32,000 bases of DNA. Origin: Dickeya solani IPO 2222. Its GTDB lineage: Bacteria; Pseudomonadota; Gammaproteobacteria; Enterobacterales; Enterobacteriaceae. The notes under the pieces were generated by a model. That model had not been told where the DNA came from. It did no database searches and saw nothing but the letters and a program-made list of their open reading frames with translations. The stretch is taken from NCBI RefSeq assembly GCF_001644705.1, contig NZ_CP015137.1:420001-452000 (forward strand), written 5' to 3'. Shown piece by piece: positions 24,642 to 32,000 of this stretch (its first letter is position 1; each line of letters starts with the position of its first letter). The position numbers were made by a program, and so were the translations under genes.

Positions 24642-26954
24642 TTACGTCTGCGCTGCCAGGCGACTGGCGGCGATCAGCGCCTGCCCCAGCGCCAGTCCGC
24701 CATCGCCGGCCGGCAAACGCGACGGCATCAGCAGGGTAAAATCCGCCAGCCGCTCACGTAACAGCGTGGTCAGCAAGCGGTTATGCATCACCCCGCCGGA
24801 GCACGCCACCGTGTTCAGCCCGTGTTCCCGCGCCGCCTGACGCACCAGCGCCGCCAGCCCATCGGCCAGCGCCAGATGAAAAGCAAAAGCGCGGTCGGCC
24901 GGCGCGGCGCGATACGCCAGCAACTGTCGCCAAAAAGTTGCCAGATCCAGTTGGTTGCCGGACAGCGGCAGGGTTACCGGCGGCGCGTCATCCTGATGCC
25001 GCCGGGCCAGCGCCTCCAGCCAACAGGCCGCCTCGCCTTCCCAGCTTTGCTCGCCGGTAAACCCGCAGGCGGCGGCCACCGCATCAAACAACCGTCCGGC
25101 GGACGACGCCAGCGGCGCGTTGAGACCCCGTTCAATAGCGCGCGTCAACAGCGGTACCGCGCTGGCGGGGATCACCCCGGCTTGCGGTAAAGTTTCCCAA
25201 TCCGGCACAAACGCCAGAAACTGCGCCAGCAGATTGCGCCACGGCTGGCGCGCCGCCAGATCGCCGCCCGGCAGCGCCACCGCGGGCAAACCGCCCAGAT
25301 GCCGGCACTGGGTGTAATCCACCCGCAGACATTCGCCGCCCCACCAGCGGTTGTCGCCGCCGTAGCCGATGCCATCCAACGCCAGGCCGATCACCGCGCC
25401 GGCGTCGCGCGGCCACTGATGTTCCGCCAGACAAGCGACGAGGTGTGCGTGATGGTGCAGCACCTCAATGCAGGGGATTCCCAACTGCGTCGCCCGCTGC
25501 TGCCCCAGACGGCGGCTGACGTAACCGGGATGCGCATCCACCGCGATGGCCTGCGGGGTAAACCGGTAGATATCGGCGAACAGCGACTGTGCTTGCCGGT
25601 ACTGCTGTTCCACCGCGTCATCGGCCAGATCGCCCAGATGCTGGCTGACGATCGCGGCATTATCGCGCAGCAGGCAGAAGGTGTTTTTGAGATCCGCGCC
25701 CATCGCCAGCAGCGACGGCTGCTCGCTGAACCCCGGCGGCAACGGCAAGGCGTCCGGCACATAACCGCGCGCGCGCCGCAGCATCTCCGCCCGTTCACCC
25801 TTCATCCGCACGACCGAGTCATCGGCCCGCTGCACAATGTCACGATCGTGCAGCAACCACAGGTCGGCGATCGCGGCCAGATCCGCCAGCGCCTGCGTAT
25901 TCTCCAGCGCGGGCGGCTTACCGCCGGCGTTACCGGAGGTCATCACCAGCGGCCGCGCCACCGCCGCCAGCAGCAGATGCTGCAACGGATTGGCGGGCAG
26001 CATCAATCCCACTTCATCCAGACCGGGCGCAATCCCTGCCGCCAGCGCGCCATCCTGCCGCAGCGGCAACAGCACAATCGGCGCTGCCGGACTCTGCATC
26101 ATACGCAACGCCGACGCGGGCTCCGCCACCGAACTGCAACGCGCCAGCCAGTCGGCACCCGGCAACATCACCGCCAACGGCTTGGCCGGACGGTGCTTGC
26201 GCGCCCGCAACCGCGCCACCGCCTGCGCATCGGTAGCGTCACAGGCGAGATGAAAGCCACCCAGCCCTTTCAGCGCCACGATTTGCCCGGCGCACAGCGC
26301 CGCTGCCGCCCGCATGATGGCGTCATCGCCGCGGGCCAGCGTGCGGCGGGCATCGCTCAGCCACACCTGTGGACCACAGGTGTGACAGGCGTTGGGTTGG
26401 GCATGAAAGCGCCGATCCGCCGGGTGCTGATACTCCTGCCGACACGTCGGGCAAAATGGGAACGCCGCCATCGCGGTATTCGGCCGGTCGTACGGCATCT
26501 GGCGAATAATGGTAAAACGCGGGCCGCAGTGGGTGCAGTTAATAAACGGATAACGGTAGCGGCGGTCATTAGCGTCAAACAGCTCCTGACGGCACGCCTC
26601 GCAGGTGGCGGCGTCCGGCACGATGTGGGTATCCATCTGCCCGGCACCGCTGTGCTCAATCACGAAATCGTCCGGCAGCGCTTCCCAGCGGTAAGGCCGA
26701 CAGGCCACCTGGTCGATCTGCGCCAGCGGCGGGCACTCGGCGTGCAGTGCCGCAACGAAATCGGCTTCGCCGCTCGCCGGCCACAGCCGGATCAATACCC
26801 CTGCGCCGTCGTTAAGCACGCTACCTTTCACGCCAAGACGGTGGGCGATTTGCCAGACATAAGGGCGAAACCCCACCCCCTGCACCTTGCCTTTAACGCG
26901 AATTTCAACGCCATTACCATTCGATGACGGCGTTTGTACATGAATAGCTGACAT
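24642..26954 (-). CDS. hypF: [NiFe]-hydrogenase maturation carbamoyltransferase HypF
   Basis: 770-aa ORF. The acylphosphatase domain is [22 protein letters not shown]. Zinc fingers: [38 protein letters not shown] and [12 protein letters not shown]. The YrdC-like region is [16 protein letters not shown]. The C-terminal Kae1-like domain ends in [12 protein letters not shown]. Confidence 0.95.
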   Translation of the reverse strand: MSAIHVQTPSSNGNGVEIRVKGKVQGVGFRPYVWQIAHRLGVKGSVLNDGAGVLIRLWPASGEADFVAALHAECPPLAQIDQVACRPYRWEALPDDFVIEHSGAGQMDTHIVPDAATCEACRQELFDANDRRYRYPFINCTHCGPRFTIIRQMPYDRPNTAMAAFPFCPTCRQEYQHPADRRFHAQPNACHTCGPQVWLSDARRTLARGDDAIMRAAAALCAGQIVALKGLGGFHLACDATDAQAVARLRARKHRPAKPLAVMLPGADWLARCSSVAEPASALRMMQSPAAPIVLLPLRQDGALAAGIAPGLDEVGLMLPANPLQHLLLAAVARPLVMTSGNAGGKPPALENTQALADLAAIADLWLLHDRDIVQRADDSVVRMKGERAEMLRRARGYVPDALPLPPGFSEQPSLLAMGADLKNTFCLLRDNAAIVSQHLGDLADDAVEQQYRQAQSLFADIYRFTPQAIAVDAHPGYVSRRLGQQRATQLGIPCIEVLHHHAHLVACLAEHQWPRDAGAVIGLALDGIGYGGDNRWWGGECLRVDYTQCRHLGGLPAVALPGGDLAARQPWRNLLAQFLAFVPDWETLPQAGVIPASAVPLLTRAIERGLNAPLASSAGRLFDAVAAACGFTGEQSWEGEAACWLEALARRHQDDAPPVTLPLSGNQLDLATFWRQLLAYRAAPADRAFAFHLALADGLAALVRQAAREHGLNTVACSGGVMHNRLLTTLLRERLADFTLLMPSRLPAGDGGLALGQALIAASRLAAQT

Positions 26955-27014
26955 AGGTAAGGGCCTATACTTAGGGTCTTCTCTGCTGCAAAGATGCTGA
27001 TGTTTGGTTTTTTT

Positions 27015-27308
27015 GCGTCAAAAACTGTGCTGAGGTGGACGACTTCGCCGGGTGAGCCGCATGGATGCGGCGAAAGCCCGTGCCGCGTATGGAACGCGTC
27101 ACGGGCGGCCCGAACAGCGAAGGCGAACGCCGAAGGCACCGCGAAGCAGCACAGTTTAGCTACCAGCCAGTGGTCAAGGAGAGGCGGCGTGTGAGCCTCT
27201 TCTTGTCGTGCGTGCGATGAAATCATAGAGAAACAATGTGGCTTATCCCGCACGAAACCTCTCACTGTCCTGCCGATGAAAACAATACGGCTGTTTATCA
27301 ACAGCTGC
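27015..27308. repeat. Unclassified GC-rich structured intergenic repeat, copy 2, without the insertion
   Basis: Homolog of 16068-16443. It fills most of the 357-bp hypE-hypF gap and ends 3 nt from the hypE stop. Hairpins: ccgcat-gg-atgcgg (27057-27070); gcccgtgccgcg-tatggaa-cgcgtcacgggc (27076-27106); caaggagaggc-N9-gcctcttcttg (about 27174-27204). Confidence 0.85.
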
Positions 27309-27311
27309 TTG

Positions 27312-28340
27312 TCAGCAAATCCTCGGCATGGGTTCGCTGTGGGGTAAATCCAGCAGGCGGGAGGTGCCGAACACCCCGCACAGGCGTACCTGTTTTTTGT
27401 CGGTGACGCTGCCGATGACCGCCGCGTCGCGCCCCAGCGGATGAGACTGTAACGCATCCAATACCCGGTTTTCCGCCTGTGGCGATACCGCCAGCACCAG
27501 CTTGCCTTCGTTGGCGAAGTTAAGCGCTTCCAGCCCCAGCAGTTCACAGATGCCGCGCACCGCCGTTTTGACCGGCAAGGCGCTCTCCTGCACCTCCATA
27601 CCGTAGCCGCTGGCCTGGGCGAACTCATGCAAGATCGCCGTCACGCCGCCGCGGGTGGCGTCGCGCAACGCGCGCACCCCGTCAATCTGGCGCAGCGGCG
27701 CGATCAGCGGCGTCAGCACCGCGCAATCGCTGGTCAGCTCTGCTTCAAGCCCCAGTTTCTCACGCAGGTTCAGGATAGTGGCGCCATGATCCCCCAGCGT
27801 ACCGCTGACGATAAGGCGATCGCCGGGACGAATCTCACCGGTGCCCCAATGCACAGCGTGCGGAATTACGCCGATACCGGCGGTATTGATGAAAATCTTG
27901 TCCGCCGCACCGCGCGGCACGACCTTGGTGTCGCCGGTGACGATCTGGATCCCGGCGTCGCGGGCGGTCTGCGCCATCGAATTCACGATACGCAGCAGCG
28001 TTTCCCCCGCCAGCCCCTCTTCCAGAATCAATCCACAGGAGAGGTAACGCGGCAGCGCCCCGCTCACCGCCAGATCGTTGACCGTACCGCATACCGCCAG
28101 TTTGCCGATGTCGCCGCCGGGAAACTCGATCGGGTCGATGACGTAGCTGTCGGTGGTAAACGCCAGCCGGTCGCCCTGCGCGCTCAACGCCGCCAGCGGC
28201 AAACGCGCCTGATCTTCACGCTCCGCCAGCAACGGGTTGTCAAACGCCTGCAAAAACAGCCCTTCGATCAGCTGTTGCATCGCCTGCCCGCCGCTGCCGT
28301 GCGCCAGGGTAATCTCTTTCGGCAATAAGGTATTCTTCAT
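27312..28340 (-). CDS. hypE: [NiFe]-hydrogenase maturation protein HypE (carbamoyl dehydratase)
   Basis: ORF 27312..28451, trimmed to [25 protein letters not shown] (cat at 28338-28340). The C-terminus ends in PRIC, the HypE signature. ATGA overlap with the hypD stop. Confidence 0.95.
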   Translation of the reverse strand: MKNTLLPKEITLAHGSGGQAMQQLIEGLFLQAFDNPLLAEREDQARLPLAALSAQGDRLAFTTDSYVIDPIEFPGGDIGKLAVCGTVNDLAVSGALPRYLSCGLILEEGLAGETLLRIVNSMAQTARDAGIQIVTGDTKVVPRGAADKIFINTAGIGVIPHAVHWGTGEIRPGDRLIVSGTLGDHGATILNLREKLGLEAELTSDCAVLTPLIAPLRQIDGVRALRDATRGGVTAILHEFAQASGYGMEVQESALPVKTAVRGICELLGLEALNFANEGKLVLAVSPQAENRVLDALQSHPLGRDAAVIGSVTDKKQVRLCGVFGTSRLLDLPHSEPMPRIC

Positions 28341-29455
28341 CAGGCGCACTCCCGTCGATACTGGTAATAAGCGGCGCAAGCGCCTTCCGACGACACCATC
28401 AGCGCGCCGATGGCGTTCTGCGGCGTACAACGCTGGCCGAACAACGGGCAATCGCCCGGTTTACAGCGCCCGGTGAGTACCTCGCCGCAGCGCGACAACG
28501 GTTCGTCCGCCACCCGCTGTTGTTGCGGGTTGAAGCGGCGCTCGGCGTCGAATTCGGCGTACTCCGCCCGCAGTTGCATGCCGGAATCGGCGATTTCCCC
28601 CAGCCCGCGCCACTCGCTGCTGGCTTTGGTTTCAAACACCTCCGCCATCGCTTGCTGCGCCAGTGGGTTGCCGCTGTCCGGCACAATGCGGCGGTACTGG
28701 TTTTCCACCTCGCAGCGCGCATCGTGTAATTGCTGCACCAGCATCAGCAGCGCCTGCAGGATATCCAGCGGTTCGAAACCGGTGACCACAAACGGCTTGT
28801 GGAACTGCTCGCACAGCGGCTGATAGGGGTAGGCGCCAATCACCATGCTGACGTGCCCCGGCGCCAGGAAACCGTCGATGCGCAAATCCGGTTGCTCCAG
28901 CAGGCTTTTCAGCGTGGGAATAATGGTGATGTGCTGGCAGAACAGCGAAAAATTGCGAATGCCGCGGCGTTTGGCCTGTTGCAGGGTCAGCGCGGTACTC
29001 GGCATGGTGGTTTCGAACCCCAGCCCGAAAAACACCACCTGCCGGTCAGGACACTGTTCCGCCAGCGCCAGCGCATCCAGCGGCGAGTAGACCACCCGCA
29101 CATCGGCGCCGTGGCGGCGGGCATCCTGCAACGACCCGTTACGACCCGGCACCCGCATGGCGTCGCCAAAGGTACAGAAAATCACCTCCGAACGGGCGGC
29201 GATCTCCAGACAGGCGTCGATCCGCCCCATCGGCAACACGCACACCGGGCAGCCCGGCCCGTGCACAAACTCGATTTCCGGCGGCAGCAGCCGGTCGATG
29301 CCGAACTTGAAAATGGCGTGGGTATGCCCGCCGCACACTTCCATCAGTTGCAACGGCCGCGTCTTCCACTGCGGCATGTCGTCAACCAGCGCCTGAATGC
29401 GCTGCAACAGCGCCTTCGCCAGCTCAGGGTCACGAAATTCATCAACGTACTGCAT
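28340..29455 (-). CDS. hypD: [NiFe]-hydrogenase maturation protein HypD
   Basis: ORF 28340..29482, trimmed to [11 protein letters not shown] (cat at 29453-29455). [33 protein letters not shown] and [14 protein letters not shown] are colinear with E. coli HypD. Confidence 0.95.
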   Translation of the reverse strand: MQYVDEFRDPELAKALLQRIQALVDDMPQWKTRPLQLMEVCGGHTHAIFKFGIDRLLPPEIEFVHGPGCPVCVLPMGRIDACLEIAARSEVIFCTFGDAMRVPGRNGSLQDARRHGADVRVVYSPLDALALAEQCPDRQVVFFGLGFETTMPSTALTLQQAKRRGIRNFSLFCQHITIIPTLKSLLEQPDLRIDGFLAPGHVSMVIGAYPYQPLCEQFHKPFVVTGFEPLDILQALLMLVQQLHDARCEVENQYRRIVPDSGNPLAQQAMAEVFETKASSEWRGLGEIADSGMQLRAEYAEFDAERRFNPQQQRVADEPLSRCGEVLTGRCKPGDCPLFGQRCTPQNAIGALMVSSEGACAAYYQYRRECA

Positions 29456-29729
29456 ACATGGCTCCGGTTTGCCTGACTTCATCCAGCTCCAGCCCGACCG
29501 CCTGCATGGATTGCAGCGCCGCCAGCGTCTCCTGCGCTTCCTGCTCGTCCAGCAGGCTCATGGCGAAACCGACGTGCACCAGCACCCACTGCCCCACCAG
29601 TTCCGCGGGGTCGCCTTCGCATACCAGCGCGATATTCACCTCGCGCTGCACGCCGCAGACATCCACCCGCGCCGGGTAATGCAGATCCGGCCCGACGGCC
29701 ACCACTTTTCCGGGAACGCCCAGACACAT
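29442..29729 (-). CDS. hybG: [NiFe]-hydrogenase maturation chaperone, HypC/HybG family, closest to HybG
   Basis: ORF 29442..29807, trimmed to [13 protein letters not shown] (cat at 29727-29729). [35 protein letters not shown] parallels E. coli HybG better than HypC. Overlaps the hypD start by 14 nt. Confidence 0.85.
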   Translation of the reverse strand: MCLGVPGKVVAVGPDLHYPARVDVCGVQREVNIALVCEGDPAELVGQWVLVHVGFAMSLLDEQEAQETLAALQSMQAVGLELDEVRQTGAMYAVR

Positions 29730-29731
29730 GA

Positions 29732-30934
29732 TTAGGCTCCTGATAACAGCGACGGTTGTGATGGCGTCTGCGCCAGTTCGGTGCCCAGCGACTGCGCTTC
29801 CAGCCACGCCAGCCAGGCTTCCATCCCCTCACCGGTGCGGGCGGACAGCGCAATCACCTCGATGTGCGGATTGACGCGTCGCGCGTTGGCGACGCAGGCT
29901 TCCAAATCAAAATCCAGATACGGCAACAGGTCGATCTTGTTGATGATCATCAGCGAGGCGGCGGCGAACATATGCGGATACTTGAGCGGCTTGTCTTCCC
30001 CCTCTGTCACCGACAGCACGGCAACCTTGTGGCGCTCGCCCAGATCGAAACCGGCCGGACACACCAGATTGCCGACATTTTCGATAAACAGCAGGCTGTG
30101 TGCCGGCAGTTGCAGCCGGTGCATGGCGTCATGCACCATCTGCGCATCCAGATGGCAGCCTTTGCCGGTGTTGACCTGAATCGCCGGAACCCCGGTGGCG
30201 CGGATACGCTCGGCATCGTTGGTGGTTTGCTGGTCGCCCTCAATCACCGCACACGGCACACGTTCGCGCAGCAGGTGCAACGTACTGGTCAATAAGGTGG
30301 TTTTGCCGGAGCCGGGGCTGGACACCAGATTCAGCGCCAGAATCCGATCGGCGTCGAAATGCTCGCGGTTGTGCGCCGCCAGTTGGTTGTTTTTGCTCAG
30401 CACATCCATTTCGATCTGCAACAGGCGCTGCTGACCGATACCCGGCGCGTGAGTGCCCGCCGCCCCTTGCCCGTAGTGCAGGTGTTGCTCTCGTTCCACC
30501 GGCTGAAAGCGTTCTTCCGGCCGGGCGTGCTCATTTGTGTGGTGATGATCCGCGTGGTGATGATCCGCGTGGTCATGACGTTCGTGATCATGATGTTCAT
30601 GATCATGCGCGTGGCGCGGTGCCTGTGGGCGCGCCGCACCGTGGTAATGATGATGCACATCGCCGTGATGATAGTAATAGTGGTGATGATGAATGATCAC
30701 GCCGGGCGCGGCTGGCGCGTCGTCATGCTCATGGTGATGATCATGTTCATGGTGATGTCCATCGTGATGGTGTTCATGCGAATGTGCATGACAGTGAGGA
30801 TGCGAGTGGACAGAATCATGACTGTGGCTATGTTCGTGGTGGTGGTCGTGCGTATGGGGATGGTCGTGCGAATGAGCCGGCTCATCGCCCTCTATCCGGC
30901 GTTCTCCCTCGCCACAACCGCATGTGGTACACAT
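29732..30934 (-). CDS. hypB: [NiFe]-hydrogenase nickel-incorporation GTPase HypB with a very long His-rich insertion
   Basis: ORF 29732..30955, trimmed to [10 protein letters not shown] (cat at 30932-30934), the CxxCGC high-affinity Ni site. The G-domain motifs [35 protein letters not shown] and NKIDLL are colinear with E. coli HypB. About 120 extra residues between the N-terminus and G-domain contain 53 His by my count. Confidence 0.95.
   Translation of the reverse strand: MCTTCGCGEGERRIEGDEPAHSHDHPHTHDHHHEHSHSHDSVHSHPHCHAHSHEHHHDGHHHEHDHHHEHDDAPAAPGVIIHHHHYYYHHGDVHHHYHGAARPQAPRHAHDHEHHDHERHDHADHHHADHHHTNEHARPEERFQPVEREQHLHYGQGAAGTHAPGIGQQRLLQIEMDVLSKNNQLAAHNREHFDADRILALNLVSSPGSGKTTLLTSTLHLLRERVPCAVIEGDQQTTNDAERIRATGVPAIQVNTGKGCHLDAQMVHDAMHRLQLPAHSLLFIENVGNLVCPAGFDLGERHKVAVLSVTEGEDKPLKYPHMFAAASLMIINKIDLLPYLDFDLEACVANARRVNPHIEVIALSARTGEGMEAWLAWLEAQSLGTELAQTPSQPSLLSGA
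30539..30583 (-). repeat. 15-bp in-frame tandem duplication inside the hypB His-rich region
   Basis: gtggtgatgatccgc occurs twice perfectly (30539-30553 and 30554-30568). A degenerate third unit gtggtcatgacgttc follows. The units encode [15 protein letters not shown] on the minus strand. Confidence 0.9.
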
Positions 30935-30999
30935 TGATACGACTCCTCCGGTCAACCAGACCGTTTTTTACTGATTGCACGCCGACGGAAGGCGACGCG

Positions 31000-31341
31000 C
31001 TATTCAATCGCCAGTTGCTTCAATTGCAGGCTGTCGCCGCTCTCGACGCGCAGACTATGGCTGCCGCAATGCGGGCAGCCGCTGTCGTGATCGGCCACTT
31101 CCACCGGCTGACTGCACTCCCAGCACCAGGCCTGCGCCGGGCGCACCGACAGGTGTAACTGACAGCCCTCCGCCAGCGTCTGCCGGCAGACCGACTCGAA
31201 ACAAAACTGCAACGCGCTCTCTTCGATGCAGGACAGCGCGCCGATTTCCAGCCAGACGCCGGTCACTCGCCGGGCGCCGTGCTGGCGCGCCTGCTGCTCA
31301 ATCAATTCCAGCGCGTTGTAGCACAGGGAAATTTCATGCAT
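31000..31341 (-). CDS. hybF: [NiFe]-hydrogenase nickel insertion protein, HypA/HybF family, closest to HybF
   Basis: 113-aa ORF. MHEISLC...RVTGVWLEIGALSCIEESALQFCFE...PAQAWCWECSQ...CPHCGS...LRVESGDSL parallels E. coli HybF. The MHE Ni site and the CxxC...CxxC Zn site are present. Confidence 0.9.
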   Translation of the reverse strand: MHEISLCYNALELIEQQARQHGARRVTGVWLEIGALSCIEESALQFCFESVCRQTLAEGCQLHLSVRPAQAWCWECSQPVEVADHDSGCPHCGSHSLRVESGDSLQLKQLAIE

Positions 31342-31897
31342 CCGGCTGACTCCGGTAACGGCTGAACAGCGCGCGGCGGCCGAGGTTTTCAGGCGTGTCG
31401 GCGTCGCGCACCGGCAACGACAGCGCCATGCACGCGCTTTGCTGCGCCAGTTGCAGCGCCTGCCCGGCGTCGAGCGCCGGGTCCAGCGGCGACATCAACG
31501 AACAGGACAAGTACTGCCGCCCGTCGTCGCTTTCGCTCACCACAAACTTCACACTGCCGCAGGGCAGGTCCAGCGCCAGCCGGGTAGCAAGGTCACGTCG
31601 GGGCCACTGCTGCCCCGGCCCCGGCAATACCAACAGGCTGAGCATCCACGGCGTCAGCAGGCAGCCGAACCACTGCTGTTCAAACAGGGTAAATCCACAG
31701 GCCCGTACCGGAATGCCATCGCGGTAAAACGGCAACAACCGCATGCGCTCCTGCGCGATACGGCTAAACTCGGCTTCCAACCAGGCCACCGGACTCTGAT
31801 CATGCCCCTCTATCCACGCCGATTCTTTGCGCTCACCGGGTATTGCGGGCGGATTATGACTGCCGTCGTATGGCGAAGCGGAAAAAATGTCAGTCAT
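31334..31897 (-). CDS. hybE: Hydrogenase-2 assembly chaperone HybE
   Basis: 187-aa ORF. FTLFEQQWFGCLLTPWMLSLLVLPGPGQQWP...RQYLSCSLMSPLD...MALSLPV...GRRALF parallels E. coli HybE (FTLFEGQWTGCVITPWMLSAVIFPGPDQLWP...SQYLSCSLMSPLS). Confidence 0.9.
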   Translation of the reverse strand: MTDIFSASPYDGSHNPPAIPGERKESAWIEGHDQSPVAWLEAEFSRIAQERMRLLPFYRDGIPVRACGFTLFEQQWFGCLLTPWMLSLLVLPGPGQQWPRRDLATRLALDLPCGSVKFVVSESDDGRQYLSCSLMSPLDPALDAGQALQLAQQSACMALSLPVRDADTPENLGRRALFSRYRSQPDA

Positions 31898-32000
31898 CGC
31901 ACACCTCCTGCGCGGTCTTCTCCGTCACCGCGACACCGCTCTGGCGCAACGCGGCGATGATATGCCGCAACGCCGGTTCCAGCGCGCGGGTAACGGTATC
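31890..32000 (-). CDS. hybD: Hydrogenase-2 maturation endopeptidase HybD, C-terminal 36 codons only; gene enters from the right edge
   Basis: My own minus-strand translation is DTVTRALEPALRHIIAALRQSGVAVTEKTAQEVCDD*. It resembles the E. coli HybD C-terminus (...EPALEQVLAALRESGVEAIPRE...). The stop overlaps the hybE start region. Confidence 0.7.
   Translation of the reverse strand, partial: DTVTRALEPALRHIIAALRQSGVAVTEKTAQEVCDD

Noticed and set aside
26828-27628. 266-aa minus-strand ORF running from inside hypE, across the intergenic repeat, into hypF
   Set aside because: It is out of frame with both well-supported genes. The equivalent frame in repeat copy 1 is broken by a stop (tgccgcTAG) and by the 73-nt length difference. 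Substitutions between the copies show no synonymous bias.
30480-30900. Repetitive cat/gtg-rich DNA in hypB considered as a possible CRISPR or satellite array
   Set aside because: It lies in frame within a gene whose flanks are unambiguous HypB. The periodicity comes from His/Asp/Glu codons and there is no repeat-spacer organisation.

Overview
High-GC, enterobacterial-type chromosomal window. Almost all genes lie on the minus strand. Left to right: (1) nitrate-assimilation genes: a partial nasE permease, the nasF binding protein, a sigma54 promoter plus leader terminator, and the nasR NIT/ANTAR antiterminator. (2) An ERIC-like repeat. (3) A tripartite RND efflux operon (adaptor, pump, outer-membrane lipoprotein). 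It is divergent from a tetR plus Bcr/CflA-type MFS pair, and a perfect 26-bp palindrome sits between them. (4) An alpha/beta-hydrolase esterase with an AT-rich flank. (5) fdhE, then an opposite-strand ACS-family MFS transporter, then fdoI-fdoH-fdoG, with Cys in place of selenocysteine in FdoG. (6) A second ERIC-like repeat and about 530 bp of very AT-rich DNA. (7) A YdcR-like MocR regulator, a class-I glutamine amidotransferase and ylaC. (8) hypF, then hypE-hypD-hybG-hypB-hybF-hybE and the 3' end of hybD. I found no rRNA, tRNA, CRISPR, transposase, integrase, phage or recognisable defence genes. The least explained content is non-coding. A roughly 295-bp GC-rich hairpin-dense repeat occurs twice, directly behind the stop codons of fdoI and hypE. 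One copy carries an 80-nt insertion in a hairpin loop, and that insertion is homologous to the core of the ERIC-like element. Also notable is a HypB with a roughly 120-aa region that I count as 53 histidines. All alignments and motif calls were made by eye. Homology statements rest on remembered E. coli and Klebsiella sequences, not on searches.
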